Shown: positions 21,135-33,704 of the stretch, piece by piece
Position numbering within the stretch: position 1 is the stretch's first letter
Layout of the letters: each line of letters starts with the position of its first letter
Assembly (NCBI RefSeq): GCF_046119375.1
Contig: NW_027362765.1
Span: 185,938,001 to 186,002,000 of the forward strand
DNA: 64,000 nt
From: Phyllobates terribilis
Taxonomy: Eukaryota
Direction of reading: 5' to 3'
Notes under the pieces: generated by a model
What the model was told of the DNA's origin: nothing
Database searches by the model: none
Seen by the model: the letters and a program-made list of their open reading frames with translations, nothing else
Program-made: the position numbers and the translations under genes

Positions 21135-22133
21135 TGTGGCACCCCAGGGGTCTGGTTTCCACAGTAACAGCGATGTTATGTCTGAGAGCAGGTGGGAGGT
21201 CTCTTGGTCAGGGATCCTATGCATGCCACACCTCCTGCCCAGTCCTGGGAGGGGAAGAACTTCCCCTATATAAACCTAGGGCTGAGGCAGGGTTAGTGAG
21301 TAGAGAAGAAGTAGGGACAGAGAAGAGCAGCAGATATAGGAGAAGAACATCAGGAGCTCTGTGGGAGCAGTGCTATAAGGAGTCAGGGGCTGGCAGCTGC
21401 AGAGCTCGCCCTGACTGAGAAGCTATCACCGGACCCGGAGTCCGAGGCTGTGGGGACTAATCTTTACCCAGCAGCAGAAACCGCCCGGCAGGGGATTTCA
21501 GGTCCTCTGGCCAAGAAACCCGAAGGCACGGTCACACGCGTGGGACCAGCACCGCCGTCGTGGAGCGGACGCCACTAGAAGGCCCCGAGTCACCGGCCAT
21601 ACGGGTGAGCACCACACGGTACACTCAGGGACGTGGGCTACTTATACCCGCCTCTAGCAAGGTAGCCAGAAGAGTACAGTCAGTTTGGGAGGCCTACAAC
21701 TCCGCCTAGCCAGGGGAGATCCCATCTGCTCAAGGACTGACCAGGCCCCGATCGCTAGCCAGTACTCCGGGAGGGTCAATCTTTATCACCAGTAAAGACC
21801 CTGAACTACACCGCATCGTCTCTGAGTGATTCCTGCTACCCCCATCATCCACGTCGGCTGCCCTGAGGCCATACCCCTCCCGTTGGGGGTGATACTACCA
21901 CGCTGCACAATCCTACCACCGGCCTCAGCGGTCTGCCCTGCAGCGGCAGCTCCTTCGCTGCATTCAACGGGTGGCGTAGTCGTCCAACATCTACCGCTAA
22001 TACAACGCCACTTAGTCTGACTCCCTGGGCACGGACCGGGTCACCGCCACGAGACTACAACCCTCAACAGATCCGGCTCCGGGTAAGCTCCTGCATGCGC
22101 AACGCTGTGCGACACAGGCCCAGGGGTGCGTCA
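21135..22133 (+). mobile_element. Solo LTR of the tRNA-Ser Gypsy family
   Basis: TGT...TCA termini; TSD CAAG (21131-21134, 22134-22137); reverse-complement homologue of the LTRs at 26890 and 33728; TATA CTATATAAA. Confidence 0.92.
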
Positions 22134-22466
22134 CAAGTAAATTAGTATTTCATGTACCATTGCAGAGGATGCATTGAGAAAGAGAACTGCTAAAGTAGTA
22201 TGGGTAAATTTCTTCCCTTTTTTAAAAAAAACATTATAAATTATGATGTATGCTAGCCTCCATTGACTTGTGTGAGACAATGCATTTATTCTTTGTTCAT
22301 CTGTACACCTGATGAATAAATACTGACCTTAATAGTAAAAAAAAGATTAATAGTATTAACTTGTTCTATAAAAAAGAACGGTCAAGTATCCAATCTATCA
22401 ATACTATTAAAAGGCTATGCACACACACATTTCCTTATTGTTCATTTGCTTCCTAAACGGAATTAA

Positions 22467-22829
22467 AGGGGTATTCCCATCTCCAAGATCCTATCCCAAT
22501 ATGTAGTAGGTGTAGTAATAATAATAATATTAGCAAATACCTCCAATTCAAAATGTAGTATAGTTCTTCTGATAACGCTTACCCCATGTGCAGGGCATTG
22601 CAGTAGCTTGGATATCCATGGTTATGACCACTAATAACTAACTAACTGTCACTATATGAGTGGTCATAACCATGGATAACTAAGCTACTGCAATACCCTG
22701 CACATGGGGTAAGCAACATAGCTTATCGGAAGAACTATGCTACATTAGTAGTTGAAGATATTTTGCTAATATTATTATTGTTACACCAACTACATATTGG
22801 CATAGGACCTTGCAGATGGGAATACCCTT
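22467..22829. mobile_element. Palindromic T2-type MITE
   Basis: TTAA at 22463-22466 and 22830-22833; the arms are near-perfect inverted repeats over most of the length. Confidence 0.88.
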
Positions 22830-23145
22830 TTAAGCCACTTTCCAAATAATTGTAAAAAAAAAAAAATTCTAATTGTTTTACTAAAATTTTGAAAGTTTGA
22901 AAATACAGTATATTCCTCAAAGCAATCACAAAGTTCAATCGAATGTGCTATCAGCAAATCATTGGATGGGATGCAGCCTATTTCCATCTAAATAAATATC
23001 ATCAAGCTGTCAAAGCACTGAGAGAGCACCTCCACTTTTGTTTACAAATATGTGACAAAGCATAATATGACCTGCAGATCAGTGGGGTCCGGATCCTGAG
23101 ATCCCCATTGATCGCCCAAACACTTGCCACATTTATGCTGCTTAA

Positions 23146-23534
23146 AGGGAATCTGTCAGCAGGTTTTTGCTATGTAATCTGAAGACAGCAGGAGATAGAG
23201 GCTGAAACACAGATCTCAGAGATGTGTCACTTGTCAAAGTGTGTGCTGTTGTTTACTAATTGTGAAGGATTAATCACTAAGAGATTAACATTGCCATACT
23301 AGTCTGGCAAAGCCCCCTCCTGTGATAAGCACCTCACTGTCTATGGACTTTGTACATGGAGAGCCTGATGTGGGCAGGGTTAGCTTTCTCAGCTCTGCTT
23401 CATTCTAAATCTAAAAGCTCTGATTGTGTAAGAATGGGTGCACCCAGTAGTGATACATCGTTGGATTCAGCTTCTTTTTACCTACGTTATGCTGCTCTCA
23501 GATAAACTAGCAAAAATCAGGTAACAGATTTTCT
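23146..23534. mobile_element. T2/Kolobok-type MITE
   Basis: TTAA at 23142-23145 and 23535-23538; termini AGGGAATCTGTCA / ACAGATTTTCT. Confidence 0.75.
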
Positions 23535-24168
23535 TTAAGAAGCTGGGCCACTGTCCCTGCCTGAGCTCACACTGTGTGGTGTACGGGCTCATAGTCTTTC
23601 TGTTGAACCTGTACACCACTCTCTATGCATGTTCATGCAGGAGCAGAGCACAGCTGCTTACTGAACAGTTCACATGAAATAAGTGTTTTTAAAAACTCTT
23701 AGTTGTCTCAGGGCCTTACCACCATCAATGTATATGGCATTTCATGCCTGGTCACATATTGATGAGAATATTGTGGTACTCTTACATATAGTCATTGTAG
23801 TATAAATCACAAATATACAACTAGCGATAATGCAACGTTTCATACAATAAAAGTAAAGAAGAGAAAACAGTGATCAATTACACATGTTTATTCCATTTGT
23901 GTATTGGAACAACACAAAAAAAAACTGAGAAAAAAAGGCAAATTGGACATAATTTCACACAAAACTCCAATAATGGGCCGGACAAAATTGTTGCCACCTT
24001 TCCAATATTTTGGGTAAACAACTTTGTTTCAAGCATGTGATGCTCGTTCAAATTCACATGTGGCAAGTAATAGGTGTCGGCAATATGAAAATCACACCTG
24101 AAACCAGATAAAAACTTTTCCAGTTGACTCAATATTTGCTTTGTGTGTCTCTGTGTGCCACACTAATC

Positions 24169-25156
24169 ATGGAGAACAGAAAGAGGAGAAGAGAATTGTC
24201 TGAGGACTTAAGAACCAAAATTGTTGAAAAATATCAACAATCTCAAGGTTACAAGTCCATCTCCAGAGATCTTGATTTTGTCCACGGTGCGCAACATAAT
24301 CTAGAAGTTTACAAGCCACGTCACTGTAGCTAATCTCCCTGGGCATAGATGGCAGAGAAAAATTGATGAAAGGTTGCAACACAGGATAGTCAGGATGGTA
24401 GATAAGCAGCCCCAATCAAGTTCCAAAGAAATTCAAGCTGTCCTGCAGGCTCAGAGTACATCAGTGTCAGCGTGAACTATCCATTGATATTTGCTTGAAA
24501 TTAAACGCTATGGCAGGAGACCCAGGAGGACCCACTGCTGACAGAGAGACATAAAAAAGTCAGACTGCAGTTTGCAAAAATGTACGTGAGTAAGCCAAAA
24601 TCCTTCTGGGAAAGCATCTAGTGGACAGATGAGACCAAGATAGAGCTTTTAGGTAAAGCACATCATTCTACTGTTTACTAAAAACGGAATGAGGCCTACA
24701 AAGAAAAGAACACCGTACCTGCAGTTAAATATGGTGGAGGTTCAAAGATGTTTTAGGGTTGTTCTGCTTCCCTTGGCACTGGGTGCCTTAACTCTGTTCG
24801 CAATGTAGTGCCCAGTGTCAGAAAGCTGGGTTTGCATCCTAGGTCATGGGTCTTCCACCAAGACAATGAACCCAAACATATTTTAAGAAGCACCCAGAAA
24901 TGGATGGAAACAAAGCGCTGGAGGGTTCTGAAGTGGCCGGCAATGAGTCCGGATCTAAATTCAATTGAACACCTGTGGAGAGATCTTAAAATTGCTGTTG
25001 GGAGAAGACACCCTTCAAATATGAGAGACCTGGAGCAGTTTGCAAAAGAAGAGTGGTCCAAAATGGTAGTTGAGAGGTGCGAGAAGCTTGTTGATGGTTA
25101 TAGGAAGTGATTGATTGCAGTTATTTATTCCAAAGGGTGTGCATCCAAATTTTAAT
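24169..25156 (+). pseudogene. Tc1 transposase, frameshifted and internally deleted (element from about 23880)
   Basis: MENRKRRRELSEDLRTKIVEKYQQSQGYKSISRDL; WTDETKIE near 24625; HQDNEPKH, WPAMSPDLNSIEHLW. Confidence 0.88.
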
Positions 25157-25523
25157 CGGAAAAAATCGGATTGCACTCAAACCAATGTTATTCATTGATG
25201 CAGTGCCGATCTGCATATTTTTTCACAGCTGTATTCTGCATGAGATAAAAATTACAGCATGCTGCGATTTCACTTCGGAATTGGATAGGGCGAGAAAAAG
25301 ATTGCATGCCATGCGGACCGTCAGTATGGCATCTGATTTTTACAGATACATTACAGTTCTGTAGCATAGGAAATTGTAAATGGTCCTGTAAAAGATTAAT
25401 AGCTTCTGAGTAAAAAACAAATTGCATACGGACAGCACACGGATGAAAAGTGAGAAAAAAATCATCCCAGTTTTCTGGATGAGAATGGGACCGATTTTTT
25501 TATACGTCAGTGTGAGCGAACCC
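25157..25523. mobile_element. PIF/Harbinger-type MITE, left-truncated
   Basis: Ends GTGTGAGCGAACCC followed by TTA; internal CGGAT/ATCCG motifs. Confidence 0.5.
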
Positions 25524-25722
25524 TTAGGATGAGTTTAACTAACCAACCATATTCATGCTATCCATAGTGCATTGACATTTTTGTGCCATTTTGCAGCAGC
25601 AGAGGGTCTGCACGTCCTTTTATTTAGTTTAGTTCTTTTCAAAACGAATACAAGTCTGTCAGGTGTCCTTTGCCTATTCACAATGGCTCTCCTCTGTTCT
25701 TCACTGCTTTTTATTAGTGTTA

Positions 25723-26572
25723 GGCTGTGTGCCCACTATACGTTTTTTAAGCGTTTCCGCAGCGGCAATTCCACTGCAGAAACGCTTAAAAACCGCTTGG
25801 TAGAAGGTCTGCCATGTTTCCCGATGATAATTCGCATGGCTGTGCACATGCTGCGGAAATTTCCGCTGCGGATTATCATTGCGTAAAAATCCGCAGCACT
25901 ACCAATTATTTTGCGGAAGTGCAGCGTCTTCGCAGCCATTGACTTGCATTGGAACGCATGGAATCCGCATCACTGCATCTGCAGATGCGGAATCCATGCG
26001 TTTCAATGTGCGGATGGTACCCGGGTTTGGAGAAGAGGAGACTCTCCTCCGGACCCAGGTACCATAGTACCTGTAAAAAAAGAATAAAATAAAAAATATA
26101 CATTATACTTACCTTCTGATGGCCCCCGGTCTCCATAGCGATGCGTCCTGGATTGCCGGCAGCTCGCGATGGTCCTTTAGTCTACCGCAAGCTGCCGGCA
26201 AGCCAAGACAAGGACACCGGGGGCCATCAGAAGGTAAATATAATATTTATTTCTTATTTTTTACCATTCTTTCGGTCACACTATATAAATCCATGTCAGT
26301 TGCATGGATTTATATAGTGTGACCAAGCTGTCAAGCACTTTCCAAGTGATGCTAAAATCACTTGGAAAGCGCTCGACAACCCGCATGCGGAAATGCATGT
26401 GAAGAACGCTTCACATCCGCATGTCCCTGGCAGGAAAAACGCATATACAATCCGCATGTACAATCCGCATGTACAATCCGCATGTACAATCCGCATGCGT
26501 TTTTTCTGCCAGGGAGATGCAGAAACGCTCAGGAAAAAATCCGGAGCATTTCTGCATCGTGGGCACATAGCC
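25723..26572. mobile_element. PIF/Harbinger-type MITE
   Basis: TTA TSD at 25720-25722 and 26573-26575; TIR GGCTGTGTGCCCAC / GTGGGCACATAGCC; internal 13-bp ACAATCCGCATGT x4 at about 26445-26500. Confidence 0.85.
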
Positions 26573-26575
26573 TTA

Positions 26576-26757
26576 GGCCACGTGCACATGTTCAGTATTT
26601 GGTCAGTATTTTACATTCGTATTTGTAAGCCAAAATCAGGAGTGGAACAATCAGAGGAAAAGTATAATAGAGACACGTCACCTCTTCTGCATTTTTCATC
26701 CACTCCTGGTTTTGGCTTACAAATACTGATGCAAAATACTTCTGTGTGAATATAGCT
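26576..26757. mobile_element. Short Harbinger-type MITE
   Basis: Shares the TTA at 26573-26575 and ends before TTA 26758-26760; homologous to 57401-57592. Confidence 0.7.
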
Positions 26758-28194
26758 TTAGGGTAGCAGCAGGGAGGAGGGTGGTATACAGATCTCCACA
26801 CTATGGGAAGAGGGGAAAGTATCTATATGGTCTCAGGGAGAGAAAACAGAGTGCAGGATAGAAGCTGTCCTGATTTATGCTAATGAATGTGACGCGCCCC
26901 TGGGCCTGTGTCGCGCTGCGTTGCGCACGCGGGAGCTTACCCGGAGCCAGATCTGTTGAGGGTTGTAGTCTCGTGGCGGTGACCCGGTCCGTGCCCAGGG
27001 AGTCAAACTGAGCGGCGATGTATCAGCGGTAGATGTTGGACGACTACGCCACCCGTTGAGTACAGCTAAGGAGCTGCTGCTGCAGGGCAGACCGCTGAGG
27101 CCGGTGGTAGGATTGTGCAGCGTGATAGTATAACCCCCAACGGGAGGGGTATGGCCTCAGGGCAGCCGACGTGGATGATGGGGGTAGCAGGAACCACTCG
27201 GAGACGGTACGGTGTAGTTCAGGGTCTTTACTGGTGACAAAGATAGACCCTCCCGGAGTACTGGCTAGCGATTGGGGCCTGGTCAGTCCTTGAGCAGATG
27301 GGATCTCCCCTGGCCAGGCGGAGTTGTAGGCCTCCCAAACTAACTGTACTCTTCTGGCTACCTTGCTAGAGGCGGGTATAAGTAGCCCACGTCCCTCAGT
27401 GTACCGTGTGGTGCTCACCCGTATGGCCGGTGACTCGGGGCCTTCGGGTTTCTTGGCCAGAGGACCTGGAATCCCCTGCCTGACGGATTCTGCTGCTGGG
27501 TAGGAGTTAGTCCCCACAGCCTCGGACTCCGGGTCCGGTAAGAAATCTTCTCAGTCAGGGCGAGCTCTGCAGCTGCCAGCCCCTGACTCCTTGTAACACT
27601 GCTCCCACAGAGCTCCTGATGTTCTGTTCCTATATTTGCTTCTTTTCTCTGTCTCTACTTCTTCTCTACTCACTAACCCTGCCTCAGCCCCAGTTTTATA
27701 TAGGGGAAGTTCTTCCCCTCCCAGGACTGTGCAGGAGGTGTGGCATGCATAGGATTCCGGACCAAGAGACCTCCCACCTGCTCTCAGACGTAATATCTCT
27801 ATCACTGTGGCAACCAGACCCCTGGGGTGTCACATTCCCCCCTAGTGAAATTTAGTACTCCGGGACTAAACATATTTTAGAAAAACATAACAAGATATAA
27901 CAATAACAATACAATAAAGAAACACATAAAGGTGGTCACGGCATGTCCGTAACCGGGTGCAGTCTTTGAAGAAAGCAAGGTGTCCATTTCACCAAAACAG
28001 GGAGACGTAACCAGGTAGGGGTCTGTCCTGCCCCGAGTCCTTAACAGTCTTTAGTCCGTCCTGGGTTACGCTCCAACTATGTACACAGGATTCCCGGTAA
28101 ATCCACCAAAGACTCCTATAAACAACTAGAAATACATAATTATACACAAGCAACAAGAAAAACAGGTAACCACAAATAAAACAATTTATACACT

Positions 28195-31100
28195 TCAAAT
28201 CCTCCAACGTGCGGGTAACTGGCCTCTAGTGGCCCTAGTGGACCTACGGAGCTGACTGTCTGGCCCTGAACTACAGGGTGTAGGAGCTGTCAAGGGTAAA
28301 TTGGGCAGCTGTCTATGGGCCCTTTGGCTCACTAGGGATATGGCAGGCTCACTGCAAGCAGAGGGTTGATCCTCCTGATCTGCTGGTGTGGGGTCTTCTG
28401 CCTCCTGGACCGGCTGTTCTTCCAGCTCTACCTGTTGCTCCGTAGGTGCTTGGGATGCTGGTTGGAGGAAGGTGAGTACGGGTACCACAACTGCACCATT
28501 TACTTGAGTCCAAGACCGAGGGAAGTCTCCGAGCACAGTACTAACCATATCTTCCCTTTCCTCTACGGGTCGATGGTCTTCTTGTTCCTCTTCAGGGTTC
28601 CGTAGCTGTTCAGGACACTTCTTCAGGTGATCCCGGGATACAATGGCTGTGGTCTCCCCTCCGTCTTTACTGATGGTACAGACCTTCGGGTTCTCGTGGC
28701 TTGAGGGCAGTACGGTGTACGGGTCCTTCTCCCACTGGTCGTCCAACTTGTGGAGCCGTCTTTTCCTCTTCAAGACCTGATCTCCGGGCACCAGGGGAAC
28801 AGTGGGAGCATACTGGTTGTAAGTTTTCTCTTGTCTCTCCCTAGCCTGACAGAGACTTCGCTCCACGCTCTCCTGTACTTTCCGGTACTGCTGCTGCCTC
28901 TCTGTGTCCCAGTCTGCTTCTGGTGAAGTGTCCTCGGGTGTCAGGACTCCCATTTCCAGGTCAACAGGTAACTTACCAGGTCTCGCCCTCATTAGGTAAG
29001 CCGGGGTACAGTTGGTGGAACCTACCGGGATGTGGTTGTATAGGTCCACCAGATCGGGCAGCTTCTCAGGCCACAGACTGCGTTCTTCCAGGGGCAACGT
29101 TTTCAGAAGATCCATTACCACCTGGTTCATTTTCTCACAAAGTCCATTAGTTTGCGGATGATAGGGTGTCGTCCTTATCTTCCGGCAGCCATACAGATTG
29201 CAGAATTCCTGGAAGATCTCCGCTTCAAAGGCAGGTCCCTGGTCCATCAGCACTTGGTCGGGGTACCCGTGTGGACGGCAGAAGTGCTGCTGGAAGGCTC
29301 TAGCTGCTGTTTGAGCCGTTAAGTCCTTGACGGGGACGACAACCAAGAACCGGGAGTAATGATCCACGATGGTTAACGCGTAGACGTAGCCACTTCTGCT
29401 TGGGGTCAGTTTTACATGATCCAAGGCTACCAGTTCCAACGGCTGCCGGGTGACGATGGACTGCAGGGGAGTCTTCTGGCTGGCACGGTCCTTCCTCCTC
29501 AGGTTGCACGGGCCACAGTCTCTGCACCACCTCTCGATGGTTCCCCTCATGCCTACCCAATGGAACCGCCCGCGCAGCAGGAACTCCAGCTTCTTCCATC
29601 CGAAATGCCCAGCTCCATCGTGGTTTGCCTCCATCACCATGGCTGCGTCTCGTCGTGGCACCACTACTTGCCAGATTAGTTCATGCGTCCGGGAGTTAAC
29701 CATCCTGCGGCACAACTTCCCCTTGTAAAGGAACAGTCTACTCTTTTCTGCCCACAGTTGCTTGGCTTCCTCCGCAGCGTCTGGGTCAAGGCGAGCCTCT
29801 GGCCGAGTCAGCATCTCCTTCACCAGCCGGACGGCAGGGTCACTGTCTTGCGTTTCCGCCCAGTTGTAGTGAGGTAAGGGGTTAAGCGTAGCGCCTTGCT
29901 TACTCCTTACCCGATGGGAATACTGGATAGTCCCATGACGGTGAAACGCGGGGAGTTCGACTTCTTCCAGTCCCTCTGGATCTTCTCCTACGTCCGGTAG
30001 GTTTGGCATCCTGGACAGGGCGTCCGCGTTGGTATTGGAGCGTCCTGCCCGGTATTTGATGGTGAACTCGTAGTTGGACAGGCGGGCCATCCATCTCTGC
30101 TCTAGGGCACCGAGTCTTGCCGTGTCCAGGTGTGTCAACGGGTTGTTATCCGTGTACACGACGAACCGGGAAGAAGCGAGGTAGTGCTTAAAGCATTCGG
30201 TGACTGCCCACACCACTGCCAGGAACTCTAGCTTAAATGAGCTGTAATTCTCAGGGTTTCTTTCGGTGGGTCGCAGTTTTCGGCTGGCGTAAGCGATTAC
30301 TCGCTCCTTCCCCTGCTGGATCTGGGACAACACGGCTCCTAGCCCGATGTTACTTGCGTCGGTGTAGAGGATAAAGGGCTGGCTGTAATCCGGGTACGCC
30401 AGGATTTCATCCCCCGTGAGGGCCATCTTCAGCTGGCGGAAGGACTCTTCTTCCAACTTCTCCCATCTGAAGGGCGGCTTCTGGTTCTTGGCCTTCCGGG
30501 ACTGGCCTATCAGGAGGTCCTGCATAGGAGCTGCCTTTTTGGTGAAACCGGGGATGAACCTGCGGTAGTAGCCTACCAACCCGAGGAACTGCCGCACTTC
30601 CTTTACACTGGAGGGACTTGGCCATTCCTTAATTGCGGTGATCTTATCAGGGTCGGGAGCCACTCCGTCAGCGCTCACCACGTGTCCCAGGTACTGCACC
30701 TTTGGTTTCAGGAGGTGACACTTGGAGGGTTTCACCTTTAGGCCGTAGCTTGCCAGAGCTTCGAACACTTCCGCCAGGTGTTTCAGGTGGTCCTCATAAG
30801 TCTTAGAATATACGATGACATCGTCCAGGTACAACAGGACCGTCTCGAAGTTTCTGTGGCCCAGACAGCACTCCATTAATCGTTGGAAGTTTCATGGTGC
30901 GTTGCAGAGTCCGAACGGCATACAGGTAAACTCGCTAAGTCCCATCGGGGTGGTGAATGCGGTCTTCTCCCGGTCCGCCTCTGCTACAGGAACCTGCCAG
31001 TACCCACTAGTGAGATCCAAGGTAGAGAAGAAGTTAGCAGATCTTAAAGCAGCCAAAGACTCCTCTATCCTTGGTAAGGGGTACGCATCCTTGTGTGTGA

Positions 31101-32331
31101 TACGGTTGATTTTCCGGTAATCTACACACATCCTCATGGTGTTGTCTTTCTTTTAGACTAAGACTAGTGGAGATGCCCAGGGGCTACAGCTATCCCTGAT
31201 CACCCCAGCCTCCTTCATGTCTCTAAGCATCCCCTTGGCGTGTTGGTAGTGTGCAGGGGGTACGGGTCGATACCTCTCTTTTATGGGAGGATGGTCTCCC
31301 GTGGGGATGTGGTGTTCTACCCCCTTGACTTGCCCGAAGTCTAACGGGTGTTTACTAAACACTCTCTCGTACTCTTGAACCACCCGATAGACTCCCTGTT
31401 TCTGGTGTGAGGGAGTGGAGTCAGTACCCAAATGTAGTTGCTGACACCAGTCCTCCATTGTTTTCTTAGAGCCGTTACCTTCCTCCGGGTGAGATGGAGG
31501 CAAGGGTTCCACAGATTGTATAGCATTTTGGTTAATGGTATATAATTTGGCTAGCGTGGCATACCGGGGCAGGTACACTTCCCTCTTCCCGATATTGATT
31601 ATGCGAACGGGCACCCTCCCATGGCGTACATTAACCACCCCCCGTGCTGTCAAGATGGTGGGCCTACTGTCTGAGTAAACTGGTTCTACCATTGCCTGGT
31701 AATCTCTACCTCTCAGACCAATAGCTGCCCGGCACCAAATCATCATTTCACTTTTTGGGGGCATGGCAATAGGGAAAGGGTCACACATTCTCACGCTACC
31801 AATCTCACCGCCGGAGAGTTCCACCTGTTGCCGTCGCATCAGTGCCCGGATCTCTTTTTGGAGCACTCGCTGCTCGCCGGAGCTGGCGTTCTTGGCAACC
31901 TGCTGTAAAAGGAAAATCACCTCTGCAAGACAATTTTCAATTACATTATTTCCTAGAGTTATCTTTGGGTGACTCTCGTGTTTGTCAGTGTCTACAATGA
32001 TCAGTCCCTGTGCTGCCAGTTCGACTCTACCGATTTTAATGGTCACCTCTTTAAATCCAATCTGTGGCACGGGCTGACCATTGCTGGCGATGATACTCAA
32101 GTCGTCGTCAGGGTAGCGGGTGATATCCGAGTCATTCCAGTACTGCTTGAAGAGCACGTACGGGATGGTGGTGACCTGTGACCCGGTGTCCAGTAGGGCA
32201 CTCATAGGAATGCCATCCAGTACCACGGGTAAGACTGGACGTCCTCCCACATATTTGTCGCGCCAGTTCGATGGGCCTGGTGATCTTTTTCCTGGGGGTT
32301 GGCCCTCTACCCCAGGTTGTGCCAGTTTAAA
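28195..32331 (-). pseudogene. pol: Pol (PR-RT-RNase H-IN) with two in-frame nonsense codons
   Basis: LLDTGS, PWASPLVLV*KKD (TAA 31153-31155), PFGLCNAP* (TGA 30892-30894), YLDD, YTDAS..YTDNNPL, HDGAGH..CGPC, DQGPAFE..GLCEKMN; all segments share one frame. Confidence 0.93.
32273..32331 (-). promoter_or_regulatory. -1 frameshift signal U UUA AAC with predicted pseudoknot
   Basis: Heptamer 32325-32331 is in the gag frame; stem 1 32310-32316/32291-32297; stem 2 32301-32305/32273-32277. Confidence 0.72.
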
Positions 32332-33287
32332 GGACAGTACCTTGCCATATGTCCGGGTTGATTGCAGCGGCGGCAGATGGGTCGTCCGTCCTCGTTGTAT
32401 CGGTCGCTGGGTCTCCCTCTGGCCGGTGGGGTCCTCCTTGGTCGACGCCACGGGATGTCCTCCGGTCCGGATGCCAGCTGGATCTTCCCTGGAGTGGAAA
32501 CCTGTAAAGACTGCACAGTTCGGGTTAGCGCAGCAACGCTTTTAGCTAGCTCTTGGACCTGATGGTGCAGGTCTGGAGCCGGGTCATTGTTCAAAGCCTG
32601 CGCATCAGCTCCCACAGGCCCTGCCGACAAGGGTGCCGCCTCCTGGTGGTAAGTGGTAGTGGGGCGTCTGTGGGTCACAACGCCACCTGGTGCCGGTTCT
32701 CGGAGCACCCGGATGGCTCTGTCCTTGAACTGTGCAAATCCCAGATGAGGGTCCTGTAAGGCCATTGCCCGCAACTGGGTTCGGTGGGCATTGCAATATA
32801 AACCCTCTATAAATTGTTCAGTCAACAGCCTGTCCTCGTCTCCCACGCCGTCAGGGTCGGTCTGCTTAATGGCTCTCAGGGCCTCTTGTAGGTTCAGGGC
32901 ATAGTCCCTTATACTCTCGTGTGCTCGCTGCTTGCACCCGTAGAATCTAAGCTTGATCTCGGCTGAGGTGCGGGTATCAAAGGTGTCCCTCAGCCGGGTT
33001 AGTATCCCTGCGACAGTCCTCCCCCCAGGTGGCCAGGACTTTACCTCCCTTCGGGATGCCCCAGTTAATTGGGCCACCAGGATGCTCACTTTTTGCTCTT
33101 CTGTGAGGGGGTACACCTGGAAGAGGCTATCCAGCTTTTCTCTAAAGTCATGCAGGGTATGTGACTCCCTTGAGTACTGGGGTAGCCAGGCCGCTCCCGG
33201 GATATAGGGCATGGTGAAAGGCATGACTGCAGCAGCGGTGGCGCTGGCGGGGGTTGAGGCAGTGAAGCTCTCCTCCGTATCTGACAT
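32307..33287 (-). CDS. gag: Gag (PNMA/Ma-like capsid + CCHC zinc knuckle), 326 aa
   Basis: LHDFREKL..EEQKVSILVAQLTGASRREV, QRAHESIRDYALNLQEAL, CRRCNQPGHMARYC. Confidence 0.9.
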   Translation of the reverse strand: MSDTEESFTASTPASATAAAVMPFTMPYIPGAAWLPQYSRESHTLHDFREKLDSLFQVYPLTEEQKVSILVAQLTGASRREVKSWPPGGRTVAGILTRLRDTFDTRTSAEIKLRFYGCKQRAHESIRDYALNLQEALRAIKQTDPDGVGDEDRLLTEQFIEGLYCNAHRTQLRAMALQDPHLGFAQFKDRAIRVLREPAPGGVVTHRRPTTTYHQEAAPLSAGPVGADAQALNNDPAPDLHHQVQELAKSVAALTRTVQSLQVSTPGKIQLASGPEDIPWRRPRRTPPARGRPSDRYNEDGRPICRRCNQPGHMARYCPLNWHNLG

Positions 33288-33704
33288 CCTCCTCCCCCCT
33301 AGTGGACCGTGGCCTACCTTGCGATGATCCTCTTCCGTAGGCCGCGGCTCCGCAGTAGATCGTCAGGGTTGAGGACCTTCCGTCGCGCTCCTGTGACGTC
33401 GGCGTCTGCTGGGCTCCTTCCAGGACCTTACGCGACGTCCGGACGTGAGGCGGGGCTTCAGTTCTCGCGCGCTTTCGGAGTCCACGCCCCTCTTCTTCCC
33501 GCGCAACGTCTTCAAGATGGCGTCCAACGGCGGGAAAACACCACGGAAGGCAGGAAGAAGGCCGAAAATGGCGCCGGATGGCGGGAATCTTCACCGATGG
33601 CGGGAAGAAGGCTGAAGATGGCGCCGGATGGCGGGAATCTTCACCACAGGTAAGTTTGAACAGTCTTTTTCAGGCACGCAGTACCCGGTGGTTGCGGGCA
33701 CGAA

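Noticed and set aside
22166-22203. 38-nt candidate exon (DALRKRTAKVVW)
   Set aside because: Too short to support without transcripts or homology.
27044-27855. ORFs repeated in the 945-bp LTRs (also 33882, 34389, 21134)
   Set aside because: They repeat because the LTRs repeat; no recognisable domain.
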